Source of the DNA: the human T2T-CHM13v2.0 reference genome, Homo sapiens
Assembly (NCBI GenBank): GCA_009914755.4
Contig: CP068257.2
Coordinates: 8,704,001-8,768,000, forward strand
Length of the DNA stretch: 64,000 nucleotides
Direction: 5' to 3'
A model generated the notes under the pieces. It was not told where the DNA came from. It was given only the letters and a program-made list of their open reading frames with translations, and made no database searches. Positions 1-16,160 of this stretch are shown here, one piece after another. Position numbers and translations under genes: made by a program. Numbering within the stretch: position 1 is the stretch's first letter; each line of letters begins with the position of its first letter.

Positions 1-364
1 ACAGGAAATATGTAGACAGCCTTTGTTCCCATGGAAAGTTTGAAGAACCTGAATCTGACAAACCACACAGGAGGTAATCTCCTCTTGGCAGAGTTTTCCA
101 AAGGTGCTGAATTTCTTTTATTTATTTATTTATTTTTTATTTATTTATTTATTATTATTATTATACTTTAAGTTTTAGGGTACATGTGCACAATGTGCAG
201 GTTAGTTACATATGGATACATGTGCCATGCTGGTGTGCTGCACCCACTAACTCGTCATGTAGCATTAGGTATATCTCCCAATGCTATCCCTCCCCCCTCC
301 CCCCACCCCACAACAGTCCCCAGAGTGTGATGTTCCCCTTCCCGTGTCCATGTGTTCTCATTGT

Positions 365-4182
<3,818 letters not shown>

Positions 4183-4245
4183 TATGATGTTTGCTGGTTA
4201 TTTTGCTCGTTAGTTGATGCAGTTTCTTCCTAGTCTCGATGGTCT

Positions 4246-4806
4246 TTACATTTTGGCATGATTTTGCAGTGGCTTGTACCGGTTGTTCCTTTCCATGTTT
4301 AGCACTTCCTTCAGGAGCTCTTTTAGGGCAGGCCTGGTGGTGGCAAAATCTCTCAGCATTTGCTTGTCTGTAAAGGATTTTATTTCTCCTTCACTTATTA
4401 AGCTTAATTTGGCTGGATATGAAATTCGGTGTTGAAAATTATTTTCTTTAAGAATGTTGAATATTGGCCCCCACTCTCTTCTGGCTTGTAGAGTTTCTGC
4501 CGAGAGATCCGCTGTTAGTCTGATGGGCTTCCCTTTGAGGGTAACCCGACCTTTCTCTCTGGCTGCCCTTAACATTTTTTCCTTCATTTCAACTTTGGTG
4601 AATCTGACAATTATGTGTCTTGAAGTTGCTCTTCTCGAGGAGTATCTTTGTGGCATTCTCTGTATTTCCTGAATCTGAACGTTGGCCTGCCTTGCTAGAT
4701 TGGGGAAGTTCTCCTGCATAATATCCTGCAGAGTGTTTTCCAACTTGGTTACATTCTCCCCGTCACTTTCAGGTACACCAATCAGACGTGGATTTGGTCT
4801 TTTCAC
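4246..4806 (-). pseudogene. L1 ORF1 (RNA-binding protein) remnant, C-terminal 186 aa
   Basis: The translation ..LIGVPESDGENVTKLENTLQDIMQENFPNLARQANVQIQEIQRMPQRYSSRRATSRHIIVRFTKVEMKEKMLRAAREKGRVTLKGKPIRLTADLSAETLQARREWGPIFNILKENNFQ... is colinear with L1 ORF1p. The N-terminal half is out of frame, so the protein is not intact. Confidence 0.85.
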
Positions 4807-6895
4807 ATAGTCCCATATTTCTTGGAGGGGTTGCTCATTTCTTTTTATTCTTTTTTCTCTAAACTTCCCTTCTCACTTCATTTCATTCATTTCATCTTCC
4901 ATCGCTGATACACTTTCTTCCAGCTGATTGCATCATCTCCTGAGGTTTCTGCATTCTTCACGTATTTCTCAAGCCTTGGTTTTTGGCTCCATCAGCTCCT
5001 TTAAGCACTTCTCTTTATTGGTTATTCTAGTTATACATTCTTCTAAATTTTTTTCAAAGTTTTCAACTTCTTTGCCTTTGGTTTGAATGTCCTCCCGTAG
5101 CTCAGAGTAATTTGATCATCTGAAGCCTTTTTCTCTCAGCTCATCAAAGTCATTCTCTGTACAGCTTTGTCCCGTTGCTGGTGATGAACTGTGTTCCTTT
5201 GGAGGAGGAGAGGCGCTCTGCTTTTTAGAGTTTCCGGTTTTTCTGCTCTGTTTTTTCCCCATCTTTGTGGTTTTATTTACTTTTGGTCTTTGATGATGGT
5301 GATGTACGGATGGGTTTTTGGTGTGGATGTCCTTTCTGTTTGTTAGTTTTCCTTCTAACAGACAGGACCCTCAGCTGCAGGTCTGTTGGACTACCTGGCC
5401 CTGTGAAGTGTCAGTCTGCTCCTGCTGAGGGATGCCTCCCAGTTAGGCTGCTCGGGGGTCAGGGGTCAGGGACCCACTTGAGGAGGCAGTCTGCCCGTTC
5501 TCAGATCTCTAGCTATGTGCTGGGAGAACCACTGCTCTCTTCAAAGCTGTCAGACAGGGACATTTAAGTCTGCAGAGGTTACTGCTGTCTTTTTGTTTGT
5601 CTGTGCCCTGTCGCCAGAGGTGGAGCCTACAGAGGCAGGCAGGTCTCCTTGAGCTGTGGTGGGCTCCACCCAGTTCGAGCTTCCCGGCTGCTTTGTTTAC
5701 CTAAGCAAGCCTGGGCAATGGTGGGCACCCCTCCCCCAGCCTCACTGCCACCTTGCAGTTTGATCTCAGACTGCTGTGCTAGCAATCAGGGAGACTCCAT
5801 GGATGTAAGACACTGTGAGCCATGTGTAGTATATAATCTCCCGGTGCACCGTTTTTTAAGCCCGTCGGAAAAGTGCAGTATTTGGGTGGGAGTGACCCGA
5901 TTTTCCCGGTGCCTTCTTTCACCCATTTCTTTGACTAGGAAAGGGAACTCCCTGACCCCTTGCACTTCCCGAGTGAGGCAATGCCTCACCCTGCTTTGGC
6001 TCGCACACGGTGTGTGCACCCACTGACCTGTGCCCACTGTCTGGCTCTCCCTAGTGCGATGAACCCGGTACCTCAGATGGAAATGCAGAAATCACCCATC
6101 TTCTGCATCGCTCACGCTGGGAGCTGTAGACTGGAGCTCTTCCTATTCAGCCATCTTGGCTCCTCTTCCTGAATTTCTTTGAACAATACATCTTAATTAA
6201 CTAGAATGAAAAGACCAAACTTAACCCAAAATTAGAAGAAAATAAATAATAAAGATTAGAGCATAAGTAGATAAAGTTAAAATAATGAAAATAATGTAAA
6301 GAATTAATGAAAGACAAAGTTGATTTTTTGAAAAGTAAAACTATTGACAAATATTTAAACAGGGTAACTGAAAAACAGAAAAGATACAAATTAGTAAAAT
6401 CAGAGGTGAAAAAGGAGACATTACAAGTAACGCTTCAGAAAAGCAAAGGATCATTAGTGAATACTATCTGCAATTTTATGCCAACAAATTAGAAAACCTA
6501 GACGAAATTCTTAGACACACCCAACTTACCAAGATTGAACTAGGAATAAATCTAAAACCTGAACAGACAGATAACAATTAACAAAATTAAAGCCTTAATA
6601 AAAAAGTCTGTTTAGACCAGACTGAAAACTAGAGAAGGAAAGAACATTTCCAAACTCATTCTTTGAGGCTAGTATTACCCTGATATCAAAACCAGACAAA
6701 GACATATTAAAAAAAGCAAACTACAGGCCCATATCTGAGAATATTGGTGCAAAAATTTGCAAAACACCTAGCAAAGTGAATTAAACAATACATAAATAGA
6801 TAATTAATAATGACCAAGTGGGATTTATCCCAGGGATGCAAGGATAGTTCAACATGCAAATCAATCAATGTGATACATCACATAAAGAGAATGAA

Positions 6896-7222
6896 GGGAC
6901 CAGGCACAGTGGCTTACACCTGTAATCCCAGCAATTTGGGAAGCCAAGCTGGGTGGATCACCTGCAGTCAGGAGTATGAAACCAGTCTGATCAACATGGC
7001 AAAGCCCCGTCTCTACTAAAATTACAAAAATTTGTCAGGCATGGTGGTGGGCATCTGTGATCCCAGATACTCAGGAGGCTGAAGAAGGAGAATCACTTGA
7101 ACCCAGGAGGCAGAGTTTGCATTGAGCTGAGACCATGCCATTGCACTCCAGCCTGGGTGACAGAGGGAGACTTCATCTCAAAAAAAAAAACAAAAAAACA
7201 AAACAAAACAAAAAAAAAACAA
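6896..7222 (+). mobile_element. Alu (AluS-like) SINE
   Basis: Starts gggaccaggcacagtggcttacacctgtaatcccagcaatttgggaagcc..., has the full dimeric structure, and ends ...gcactccagcctgggtgacagagggagacttcatctc followed by an A-rich tail. It interrupts the old L1 ORF2. Confidence 0.9.
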
Positions 7223-7631
7223 GGACAAAATCCATATAATAATTTCAATTATGCTAAAAAATTTTTGATAAAATTTAATATTCTTTAATAATAAAAAACC
7301 CTTTGAAAACTGGGTATGTAATGAACATACCTCAATATAATAAAAGTCATATATGACAGACCCACATAATAAAAGTCTTATATGACAGACCCACAGCTAG
7401 TATCACACTAAGTGGGGAAAAACTAAAAGCCTTTCCTCTTAAATCTGGAAGATGACAAGAATGTCCACTTTTACCACTGTTATTCAACATAATGCTGAAA
7501 GTCCTATCTGGAGCAATCAGACAGAAGAAAGCAATAAACCGCATCCCAACTGGAAAAGAAGTCAAATTACCTTTTTTTTTTTTTTTTGCCAACGATATAA
7601 TCTTATATTGGAAAAAGCATAAAGACTCCTC

Positions 7632-8050
7632 TGATAGGGTTTGAATGTGTGTCCCCTCCCAAATCTCATATTTAAATGTAATTCTCAATGTTGGAGATGG
7701 ACCTGGTGAAAGGTGATTTAACTATTGGGGTGGATTACTGATAAATGGCTTAGCACCATCCCATTTGGTGCTATCCTCCTGATAGTGAGTGAGTTCCCAT
7801 AAGATCTGGTTATTTAAAACTGTGTAACAACTCGCCCTTCTGTTTTTTGCTCCTTCTTTTTGCCCTGTGATGTGCAAGATTCTGCTTCAACTTCTGCCAT
7901 GACTGTAAACTTCCAGAGACCTCCCCAGAAGCATATTCCAGTGCTATGTCTTCTCTACAGCCTGTAGAATCATAAGCCACTTAAACCTGCTTTGTAAAAA
8001 ATAAATTATACAGTCCCACTCTAATAGTGATGCAAAAATAGCTTAAGACA
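7632..8050 (+). repeat. 5' LTR of the MaLR element (THE1/MST-type)
   Basis: See the parent feature. Starts TGAT..GGTTTG.ATGTGTGTCCCC and ends ..gcttaagaca. Confidence 0.75.
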
Positions 8051-9545
8051 GAAAATTGGCACCAAGGAATGGAAAATGGTTATAAGAATACCCCAAAATG
8101 TGGAATCAGCTTTGTAATTGGGTAAACAGGCAGAAGTTGGAACAGTTTGTAGGATTCAGAAGACAGAAAAATGAGGGAAAGTTGAGATTTTCTTAGAGAC
8201 TGGTTGAATGTCTGTGACCAAAATGCTGATAGTGATCTGGACAGTGAAGGCTGGGCTGAGGAGGTCTCAGATGAAAACTAGAAACTTATTGGGACTGAAA
8301 GAAAGGCCATGCATGTTGTCTTAGCAAAGTTGTTGGCTGAATTTCTGTCATGCCCTAGGGATATATAAAAGTTTGAATTTGAAATTGATGATTTAGGTTT
8401 TCTGTTGGAAAAATTTGTGATGTGGCCTGGCTGCTTCTAACAACCTATGCTCACATGATCTAGCAAAAAAAAAAATAATAAAATAAGTAGTAACTTATAC
8501 TTACAAAAGAAGCATAGTGTAAAACCTTGAAAATTAGCAGCCTAGTCGTGTGGCTGAAATATACAAAGCTTTTATAAGAGAGGAAATCAAGCAGGATATG
8601 GGTCAACAACTTGTTAGAGATATTTGTATAACCTAAAAAAAAGCAAGTGTTGATAGCCAAGACAATGGGAAAGAGGAATTGAAGGCATTTTAGAAATCTA
8701 AAAGGCAGCCCCCCATCATAGGCCCTGAGGCCTAAAAGAAGAGAATAGTTTCTGGGATCAGGCCTAGGACCTGCTGCCTTGGGTAGCTTTGGAACAAGGC
8801 TCCCTGCATCCTGGCCACTGCTTCAGCTCCAGGTGTAGCTCAAGTTGACCCAGTTACAACTCCAGTCACTGCTTCAGAGGGTGCAAGCCATAACCTTGGT
8901 AGCTTCCATGTGGTGTTAGGCCTGTGGGTTTACCAAATGCAAGTAGTTGAGACTTGGGAGCCTCCACCTTTATTTCAAATGATGTATGAAAAAGCCAGGG
9001 TATGCAGGCAGAAGCATGCTGCAGGGGTAAAGCCCTCATGGAGATCCTCTACTAAAACAATGGAGAAAAGAAATGTGGGATGACAGTCCCCAGGCAGGCT
9101 CCCCACAAGGTCATGGCCTAGTAGATCTGTGAGGAGAGGATCACTGTCCTCCAGGTAGAACCTTCCCAAAGCATTAGTGTGCCCTGGAAATGGGACACAG
9201 AGTCAAAAATAATTATTTTGGAGCCTTATAATTCAATAACTGCCCTTCTGGGTTTCAGAATTTCATGGGTCCTGTGGCCCCTTTCTTTTGGCTGATTTCT
9301 TCATTTTAGAATAGGAGTATTTACCCAATGCCTCTGCCTCATTTGTATCTTGGAAGAACCTCACTTGTTTTTATTTTTTTTATTTTACAGGCTTATAGGA
9401 GGAAGAAATTAGCCTTGTCTTAGATGAGACTTTTGACTTTTGAGTTAAGGCTGAAATCAGTTAAGACTTTGGGGATTATTGGGAAGTCATGATTGCATTT
9501 TGAAATATGAGAAGGATATGAAATTTGGAATGGCCAGGAGCAAAA

Positions 9546-9952
9546 TGATACAGTTTGGATGTGTATTCCCACCAAAATCTTATATTGAAATATAATTCTC
9601 AATGTTGGAAGTGGGCCTAGAGGGGAGGTGATTGAATCATGAGGGCAAGATTTCCATGAACAGTTTGGCATCATTTCCTTTGGTGCCATTCCCACAATAG
9701 TAAGTTTTTATCAGAGCTGGTTATCTACAAGTGTGTGTCACACTTCCCACCTGCCCTCGCACTTACCATGTGATGTGCGAGCACCAGATTTATTTTTCGC
9801 CTTGTCAGTTGTCAGAGGCTTCCCCAGAAGCAGAAGCCAGTGCTATGCTTTCTGTATAGTGTGTAGAACCATGAACCAATTAAACCTATTTTCTTTATAA
9901 ATTAACCAGTCACTAATTACTTTTTATAGCAATATGAGAATGGCCTAATACA
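9546..9952 (+). repeat. 3' LTR of the MaLR element (THE1/MST-type)
   Basis: See the parent feature. About 80% similar to the 5' LTR over the alignable ends. Confidence 0.75.
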
Positions 9953-10296
9953 TCCACCAAAAACTATTAGAAGTAATAACTTGAGTAAATTTGCAGAATA
10001 CAAATCAACATATACAAATCAGTAGGATTTCTATATGCCAACAGTCAACAAACTGAAAAAGAATTCAAAAATGTAATACTATTTGCAGTAGCCACAAATA
10101 AAATGTGTGGGAATTTACCAAAGAAATAAAAGTTCTCAACAATTAAAACTGTAAAACACTGATAAAATACATGAAAAAGGACCCCAAAATTGGAAAGATA
10201 TGTTTATGTTCACAGATTGGAAGAATCAGTATTTTTAAAATGTCCATACAATCCATAGCAATCTATACATTTCATGCCATCTCTATCAAAATAACA

Positions 10297-10596
10297 GGCC
10301 AGGGGCAATGGCTCATGCCTGTAATCCCAGCACTTTGGGAGGCCAAAGTTGGTGGATCATGAGGTCAAGAGCTCAAGATCAGCCTGGCCAACTTGGTGAA
10401 ACCCCTCCTCTACTAAAAGTACAAAAAATTAGCCAGGCATGGTGGCAGGTGCCTGTAATCCCAGCTACTCAGGAGGCTGAGTCAAAGAATTGCTTGAACC
10501 CAGGTGGTGGAGGTTGCAGTGTGTCGAGGTCACATCACTGCACTCCAGTCTAGGTGACAGAGCAAGACGCCATCTAAAAAAAAAAAAGAAGAAGAC
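10297..10596 (+). mobile_element. Alu SINE
   Basis: ggccaggggcaatggctcatgcctgtaatcccagcactttgggaggcc ... cactgcactccagtctaggtgacagagcaagacgccatctaaaaaaaaaaaag. It splits the L1 ORF2 motif ..NAIPIKI | .. Confidence 0.9.
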
Positions 10597-10910
10597 ATTC
10601 CTCACAGATATAGAAAAAAAATTCTGAAATTTATATGGAAACATCACACACCATAATAGCCAAACTATGCTGAGTATATAAAACAAAACTGGAGGAATTC
10701 CATTACCTGGTTTTAAATTATACTACTAAGTTATAGTAATTAAAACAGCATGACACTAGCATAAAAACAGACATAAAGAGAGATGGAACGAAATAGATAC
10801 CTTAGAAACAAACTCATACTGCTAAATCAATTTTCAACAAAAGTGTCAAGAACATACAATAAAAAATAAGACAGTTTTTGTAATAAATAGGGCTGGGAAA
10901 ACTGGCATTC

Positions 10911-11109
10911 TGTATGAGGGACAAACATTCAGATCCTCACAGCAGTGTACTGGAATCCTATGTGAGGGACAAACATTCAGACCACAGCAGGAGTGTTCTG
11001 GAATCCCCTGTGAGGAACAAACATTCAGACCCTCGTAGCAGTGTTCTGGAATCCTATGTGACAAACATTTAGAACCCAGCAGCGTTCTGGAATCCTATGG
11101 GAGGGACAG
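10911..11109. repeat. Minisatellite, about 48-bp unit x about 4, embedded in old L1 ORF2 and flanked by an about 80-bp direct duplication (10827-10907 and 11113-11192)
   Basis: Units tgagggacaaacattcagatcctcacagcagtgtactggaatcctatg / tgagggacaaacattcagaccacagcaggagtgttctggaatcccctg / tgaggaacaaacattcagaccctcgtagcagtgttctggaatcctatg / tgacaaacatttagaacccagcagcgttctggaatcctatg. The flanking copies are both caattttcaacaaaagtg.caagaaca.acaataaaaa.taagacagtttttgtaataaatagggctgggaaaactggca. Confidence 0.85.
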
Positions 11110-11526
11110 CTAAATTAATTTTCAACAAAAGTGCCAAGAACACACAATAAAAATGAGACAGTTTTTGTAATAAATAGGGCTGGGAAAACTGGCAAGCCAT
11201 TGGCAGAAGAATAAAACTAGAACCCTATTTCTTGCCACTTACAAAAATCAAATTACAATGAATTAAAGGCTTAAACCTAATGCCTCAAACCATCAAACTT
11301 TTACAAGAAAGCATTGGGGAAACTCTTTAGGGCATTGGTTTGGGTAAAAATTCCTTAAATAATGCCCCAGAAGCACAGACAACCAAAACAAACATGGACA
11401 AATGGGATTACAGAAAGTCAGAAAGCCTTTTTAAAGTGAAGGAAACAAGAAACAAGTGAAGAGAAAATCCACACAATGGGAGAAAATATTTGTAAATTAT
11501 CCATCTGAAAACAATTAATAGCTGCA

Positions 11527-12195
11527 TGATATGGTTAGGATTTGTGTCCCCACCTAAATCTCATATTGAATTGTAATCCCCAGATGTTGAGGGAGAGACT
11601 TGGTAGAAGGCGATTGGATCATGGGGGTGGTTTCCCCCATGCTGTTCTTCTGATAATGAGTGATTTCTCATGAGATCTGATGGTTTTATAAGGGACTCTT
11701 CCTCCTTTGCTTCACATACAGGCTCTCTCGCCTGCTGTCATGTAAGAGGTGCCTGCTTCCCCATCTGCCATTATTGTAAGTTTCCTGAGGCCTCCCCGGC
11801 CATGTGGAACTGTGAGTCAATTAAACCCATTTCCTTTATAAGTTACCCAGTCTTGCCAGGTGCGGTGGCTCATGCCTGTAATCTCACCACTTTAGGAGGC
11901 TGAGGCGGGTGGATCACGAGGTCAGGAGTTCAAGACCAGCCTGGCCAAGATGGTGAAACCCCGTCTCTACTAAAAATACAAAAATTAGCCAGGCATGGTG
12001 GCAGGTGCCTATAATCCCAGCTACTCAGGAGGCTGAGGCAGAGAATTGCTTGAATCAGGAGGGGAGGTTGCAGTGAGCCGAGATTGCACCACTGCACTTC
12101 AGCCTGGGCAACAGATCAAGACTTCATCTCAGTAAATAAATAGATAACACAGTCTCAGGTATTTTTAATAACAGTACAGAAAAAGACTAATACAC
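11527..12195 (+). mobile_element. THE1-type (ERVL-MaLR) solo LTR, interrupted by an Alu
   Basis: Starts tgatatggttaggatttgtgtccccacctaaatctcatattgaattgtaatcccc.. and ends ..ggccatgtggaactgtgagtcaattaaacccatttcctttataagttacccagtcttg. The Alu follows, then the LTR resumes ..cacagtctcaggtatttttaataacagtacagaaaaagactaataca. Confidence 0.85.
11855..12143 (+). mobile_element. Alu SINE nested in the THE1 solo LTR
   Basis: gccaggtgcggtggctcatgcctgtaatctcaccactttaggaggctgaggcgggtggatcacgaggtcaggagttcaagaccagcctggccaagatggtgaaaccccgtctctactaaaaatacaaaaattagccaggcatggtggcaggtgcc...gcctgggcaacagatcaagacttcatctcagtaaataaatag. Confidence 0.9.
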
Positions 12196-13696
12196 TACAA
12201 TATATTGAGTTCAAAAAATTCTATAGAAAAAAGTAATAACCCAAATAAAGAGTGGACAAAAAATTTAAATAGACATTTATGAAAAGAAGACATATAAATG
12301 TGAAACAGGCAAATGAAAAGGTGCTCCACATTACTGATCATCATAGAAATGCAAATCAAACCCAAAATGAGATATCATTTCACCCCAATTAAGGTGGCTT
12401 TTATCCAGAAGACAGTGAAAAAAAAAATGCTGGTGGGTATGTGGAGTGAAGGGAACCCTTGTACACTGCTGTTGGGAGCACATTTAAGGACAGTTTGGAT
12501 GTTCCTGATATAACTAAAAATAGAGCTACTATATGTTCCAGCAATTCCACTGCTCAGTATATGCCTACAAGAAATAAAATTGGTTAATCAAAGACCTATT
12601 GGCACTCTCATGTTTGCTACAGCAGGGTTTATAATAGCCAAGATTTGGAAGGAACCTAAATGTCCATCAACAGATGACTGGATAGAGAAAATATGGTACA
12701 TATACACAATGGAGTACTATTCAGCTGTAAGAAAGAATGAGAGCCTGCCATTTGCAATAACATAAATGGAAATGAAAGTCTTTATGTTAAGTGAAATGTC
12801 AGGCACAGAAAGACAAATGTCACATGTTCTCACTTATTTGTGGGTGCTAAAATTCAAAACAATTGGTGTCATAGAAAAAGAGAGTATAAGGATGGTTACC
12901 AGAGGCTGGCAAGGACAGGGAGGAAACAAGAGAATAGTGGGGATGCTAAATGGGTAAAAAAAAATTGTTAGAAAGAATGAATAAGACAGCATTTGATAGG
13001 ACAACAGGGTGATTATAGTCAAAAATAATTCCACATGTAAAAAAACTAAAAGAGTATAATTGGATTGTTTATAACACAAGCTATAACTGCTTGTGGGGAG
13101 AGATACTCCGTTTTTTATTATGTATTACTCATTGCATGACTACATCAAAGTATGTCATGTACCCCCATAAATATATACACCAACTATGCACCCACAAAAA
13201 TAAATTAAAAATTGAAATTGAAATTAAAATTAAAACCAAAGGGAGGAGAGTATAATGAGGCATGTGTGACCCATGGCTTGAACTAGCTTTTCAGGTTAAC
13301 TTTGGAATGTCCTTATCCAAGAAGAGAGGTCCATTTAGTCAACAGGGGTTTAGAAATTTATTTTTAGTTTATATATGGAAAAAAGAAGGATTTTCAATCC
13401 TGAGCCATATTTCTCAGTCAATCAATCCCTGCAGGGAACCCTGTTCTTTACTCTGGAGATAAACACTAGTTTTCTTTTCTATGGAATAACACCACATTTC
13501 AAAATGAGGGGAAACATCTTGCAATTAAGTGGTACAGCCTTATTAAATTTGATTTGGTTTCCATTGTAATTAATTTAATCACATGTGTTCTAGAGTTTGT
13601 CCTCAGTCTTCCCCTAGTTTAGGCCCATGATCTGTTGAAATTGCTCAGCTCCCTGCTCAACAGCAGGAAATCAGAATCATTTAAAATCATCATTGT

Positions 13697-14025
13697 GGCT
13701 GGGAGTGATGGCTCATGCCTGTAATCCCAGCAATTTGGGAGGCCAAGGTGGGCAGATCACTTGTTGTCAGGGGTTTGAGACCAGCCTGGCCGACAGTGAA
13801 ACCCCATCTCTACTAAAGATACAAATATTAGCTGGGTGTGGTGATTCACGCCTGTAATCCCGGCTACTTGGGAGACTGAGGCAGGAGAATTGCTTGAACC
13901 CGGGAGGGGCAGGTTTCAGTGAGCCAAGATGGTGCACTGAACTCCAGCCTGTTCAACAGAACAAGACTCTGTCTCAAAATAATAGTAATAATAATAATAA
14001 TAATAAATAAGTAAAAATAAAAATC
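13697..14025 (+). mobile_element. Alu SINE with a (TAA)n/A-rich tail
   Basis: ggctgggagtgatggctcatgcctgtaatcccagcaatttgggaggccaaggtgggcagatcacttg...ccagcctgttcaacagaacaagactctgtctcaaaataatagtaataataataataataaataagtaaaaataaaaa. Confidence 0.9.
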
Positions 14026-16160
14026 TCATTGTGTTTCAAACAAAATTTCTTTTGAATATCAACTGTATCAACTTGCATATTAACTATAATCATTTTGTTT
14101 ACTTTATATCCAATCTTGAGAAATCTTTGAGGACTAATTTCACTCTTTTCTGCCATTTTGGTAAACATACCAAATGCCATCAAACAAAATGCACAAAATT
14201 CCCTAGAAATACATTTTCTCCTTGAGGAGTAGACTTGTTGTGTTAGAGGAACTCATGGTTACCTAGCTTCTAGTTTAATAAACATGACTAGAATATTCTA
14301 TCTTAATATGAGTAGCTAGGTACTCACAAGGCATCTAGAAGGTTAATGTTCATGGTCTGAAAATAGTCACATTTTTTAAATGGCCACAAATTACAATTGC
14401 AGAATATCTGTGGTCATACAAGACATCTTCCACAAAGCCTGAAAAAATGTATAAATGTCCTAGGAGTGCAGAATTTTTTTGTAAGGATATTATTAATGAA
14501 CTAGCTTAGGTCAATGGGTTAATGGTTATTGTTAAAACCAATAGCCCCGACTTTAGTGACTACATCTGCACCTTCCAAGTTTAACTATAACACTTTCTCT
14601 TTATAGTTACTTATAAGTAGACACACTAACAAAAGACAATGCATTCCTGCTCTTGTTTTCTGAGGATGTCCAACTCTGTAATGGAGTAATTTCTAATAAA
14701 CTTGCTTCTTTCACTGTGCTCTCTGACTCACCTCAAATTTTTGCCTGCAGAAAATCTAAGAATCCTACTTTGTGGTCTGTATCAGGACCCTCTTTTCCAG
14801 CAACATCTTTCAGCAACACCATGAATGGACACCAAGACAAGACCCCCACTCCAAGGAAAACAATCCACACAAAATCAATCAGCTGACACCTGGCAAGTGG
14901 GCTGTCTTTTAGATTCGTGAAGCCATTCTGGTGGACAAGAATGATTATCCACTATTATCATACTCAGATTAGAGGCCAAGCCCACAGAGTTAGAGGCCCT
15001 GGGGAATATTGAGAAGAATGGATTTGGCTAAACAGATGTTTGCCACTTTCTCTTTTTGGACTGTCCACCTTGTGCTCTCTGTCCCTCACCTGAGTGCTCT
15101 ACATCTTGTCACCTTTCTGCTCACCACCTCTGTTTTGTAGTAGCCTGGAGGCTGCCCCAGGACAGAGGCCCCAAGCAGTTTAGCTTTTACTTTCCTCAGC
15201 GATCCTCTGACTCTTAACTGAATGCCTGTTTAATTTGCCACTGGTCCAAGTGACACTGAAAAAAAGAATTGTCTTGGAACCTAGTATTTTTGTACCTTAA
15301 TTATTCGAAAAGATCAGCAGTAACCTCACCATCATTATGACTAGAAGTGGAAATGTGGTATTTAAGAGCTCTACATGATAAGATCAGACATGCCTGTTTA
15401 GTGACAGCCTCTTTTATGACAACCCTCTGCAAACAATTACCCTCAAGATTGAGAACATGAGACTTTTTCTTAACAGTTTTCTCTCATTTCTTAGCCATAA
15501 CGCCATCTTTGATAAGCTGGTATAGGGCAGCTGGACTCTACTTTCTAAACCCAGCATGTCACTTTTTTCCTGAGAGAGTTTTGTCAGTTTTGTCATAGCA
15601 GTGTGAAAATGGACTAATACATTACAATATACAAGTTACATCCTTCCCATTTCCCCTGTTTGATCTGACTCCTATTTTGCAGCTTAATTTGTTTTATAGA
15701 AGAGAAACTAAGAGGGAGGAAATACATTATATACAGGCTTCTCTGATGCTTGGTCGGGATAAAAAATTAAAATGGACTTCTATATGTTTGATGGAGGAAA
15801 AGACAAAATAGGGTCGGCACGTAATTGATTACCATTTTAATGCAAGTGCCTCTTAATGTTAGGCTTTTCTTAGCTGGGTCTGAAATCCACCTACCAGTCC
15901 AAGCGCCCCATAAGAACACAGACTCCTTCCAGTTCTAGTGAGGTGTGCAACATGTTATTAATTTCTTCTAGTTTTCCAGGGTTATCTAGTGACCGGTCAT
16001 CATCTTCTCCCTGCCCTTCGAGTCCTGTCTTACGTACATACCCCACTCTCAAAACACCCGAGCTTCACCAGAACAACATGCAGTGGGGCCTCTTATCAGC
16101 TGGCAAAGTTGAATGTTTGCCCTCTCTGGGAAGTGACAGATGATAATAGGAACACCATAT

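Larger units (their letters stand above)
7632..9952 (+). mobile_element. Full-length ERVL-MaLR element (THE1/MST-type), about 2.3 kb: 5' LTR, 1.5-kb internal region, 3' LTR
   Basis: The 5' LTR (7632-8050) starts tgatagggtttgaatgtgtgtcccctcccaaatctcat.. and ends ..ttaaacctgctttgtaaaaaataaattatacagtcccactctaatagtgatgcaaaaatagcttaagaca. The 3' LTR (9546-9952) starts tgatacagtttggatgtgtattcccaccaaaatctt.. and ends ..ttaaacctattttctttataaattaaccagtcact..ctaataca. Both match the THE1/MST LTR consensus (TGATATGGTTTGGCTGTGTCCCCACCCAAATCTCAT ... CCATTAAACCTCTTT.CTTTATAAATTACCCAGTCTC...GGACTAATACA). The internal segment 8051-9545 carries the typical MaLR internal phrases (gaaaattggcaccaaggaatgg.., ..ggtagcttccatgtggtgttaggcctgtggg.., ..gcaggcagaagcatgctgcaggggtaaagccctcatggag..). 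It is inserted into the old L1 with a possible 5-bp TSD (tcctc/tccac). Confidence 0.8.

Noticed and set aside
12313-12957. ORFs 12313-12513, 12580-12765 and 12766-12957 on +, which look like small proteins
   Set aside because: They are colinear with the L1 ORF2 C-terminus (..CSTLLIIIEMQIKPKMRYHFTPIKVA.., ..AKIWKEPKCPSTDDWIEKIWYIYTMEYYSAVRKNE..), so they are decayed transposon coding sequence, not cellular genes.
15590-15640. Short match to the THE1 LTR 3' end (gcagtgtgaaaatggactaatacattacaat)
   Set aside because: Only about 35 bp, with no upstream LTR body. It is too short to call a separate insertion and may be chance similarity or a deeply truncated fragment.
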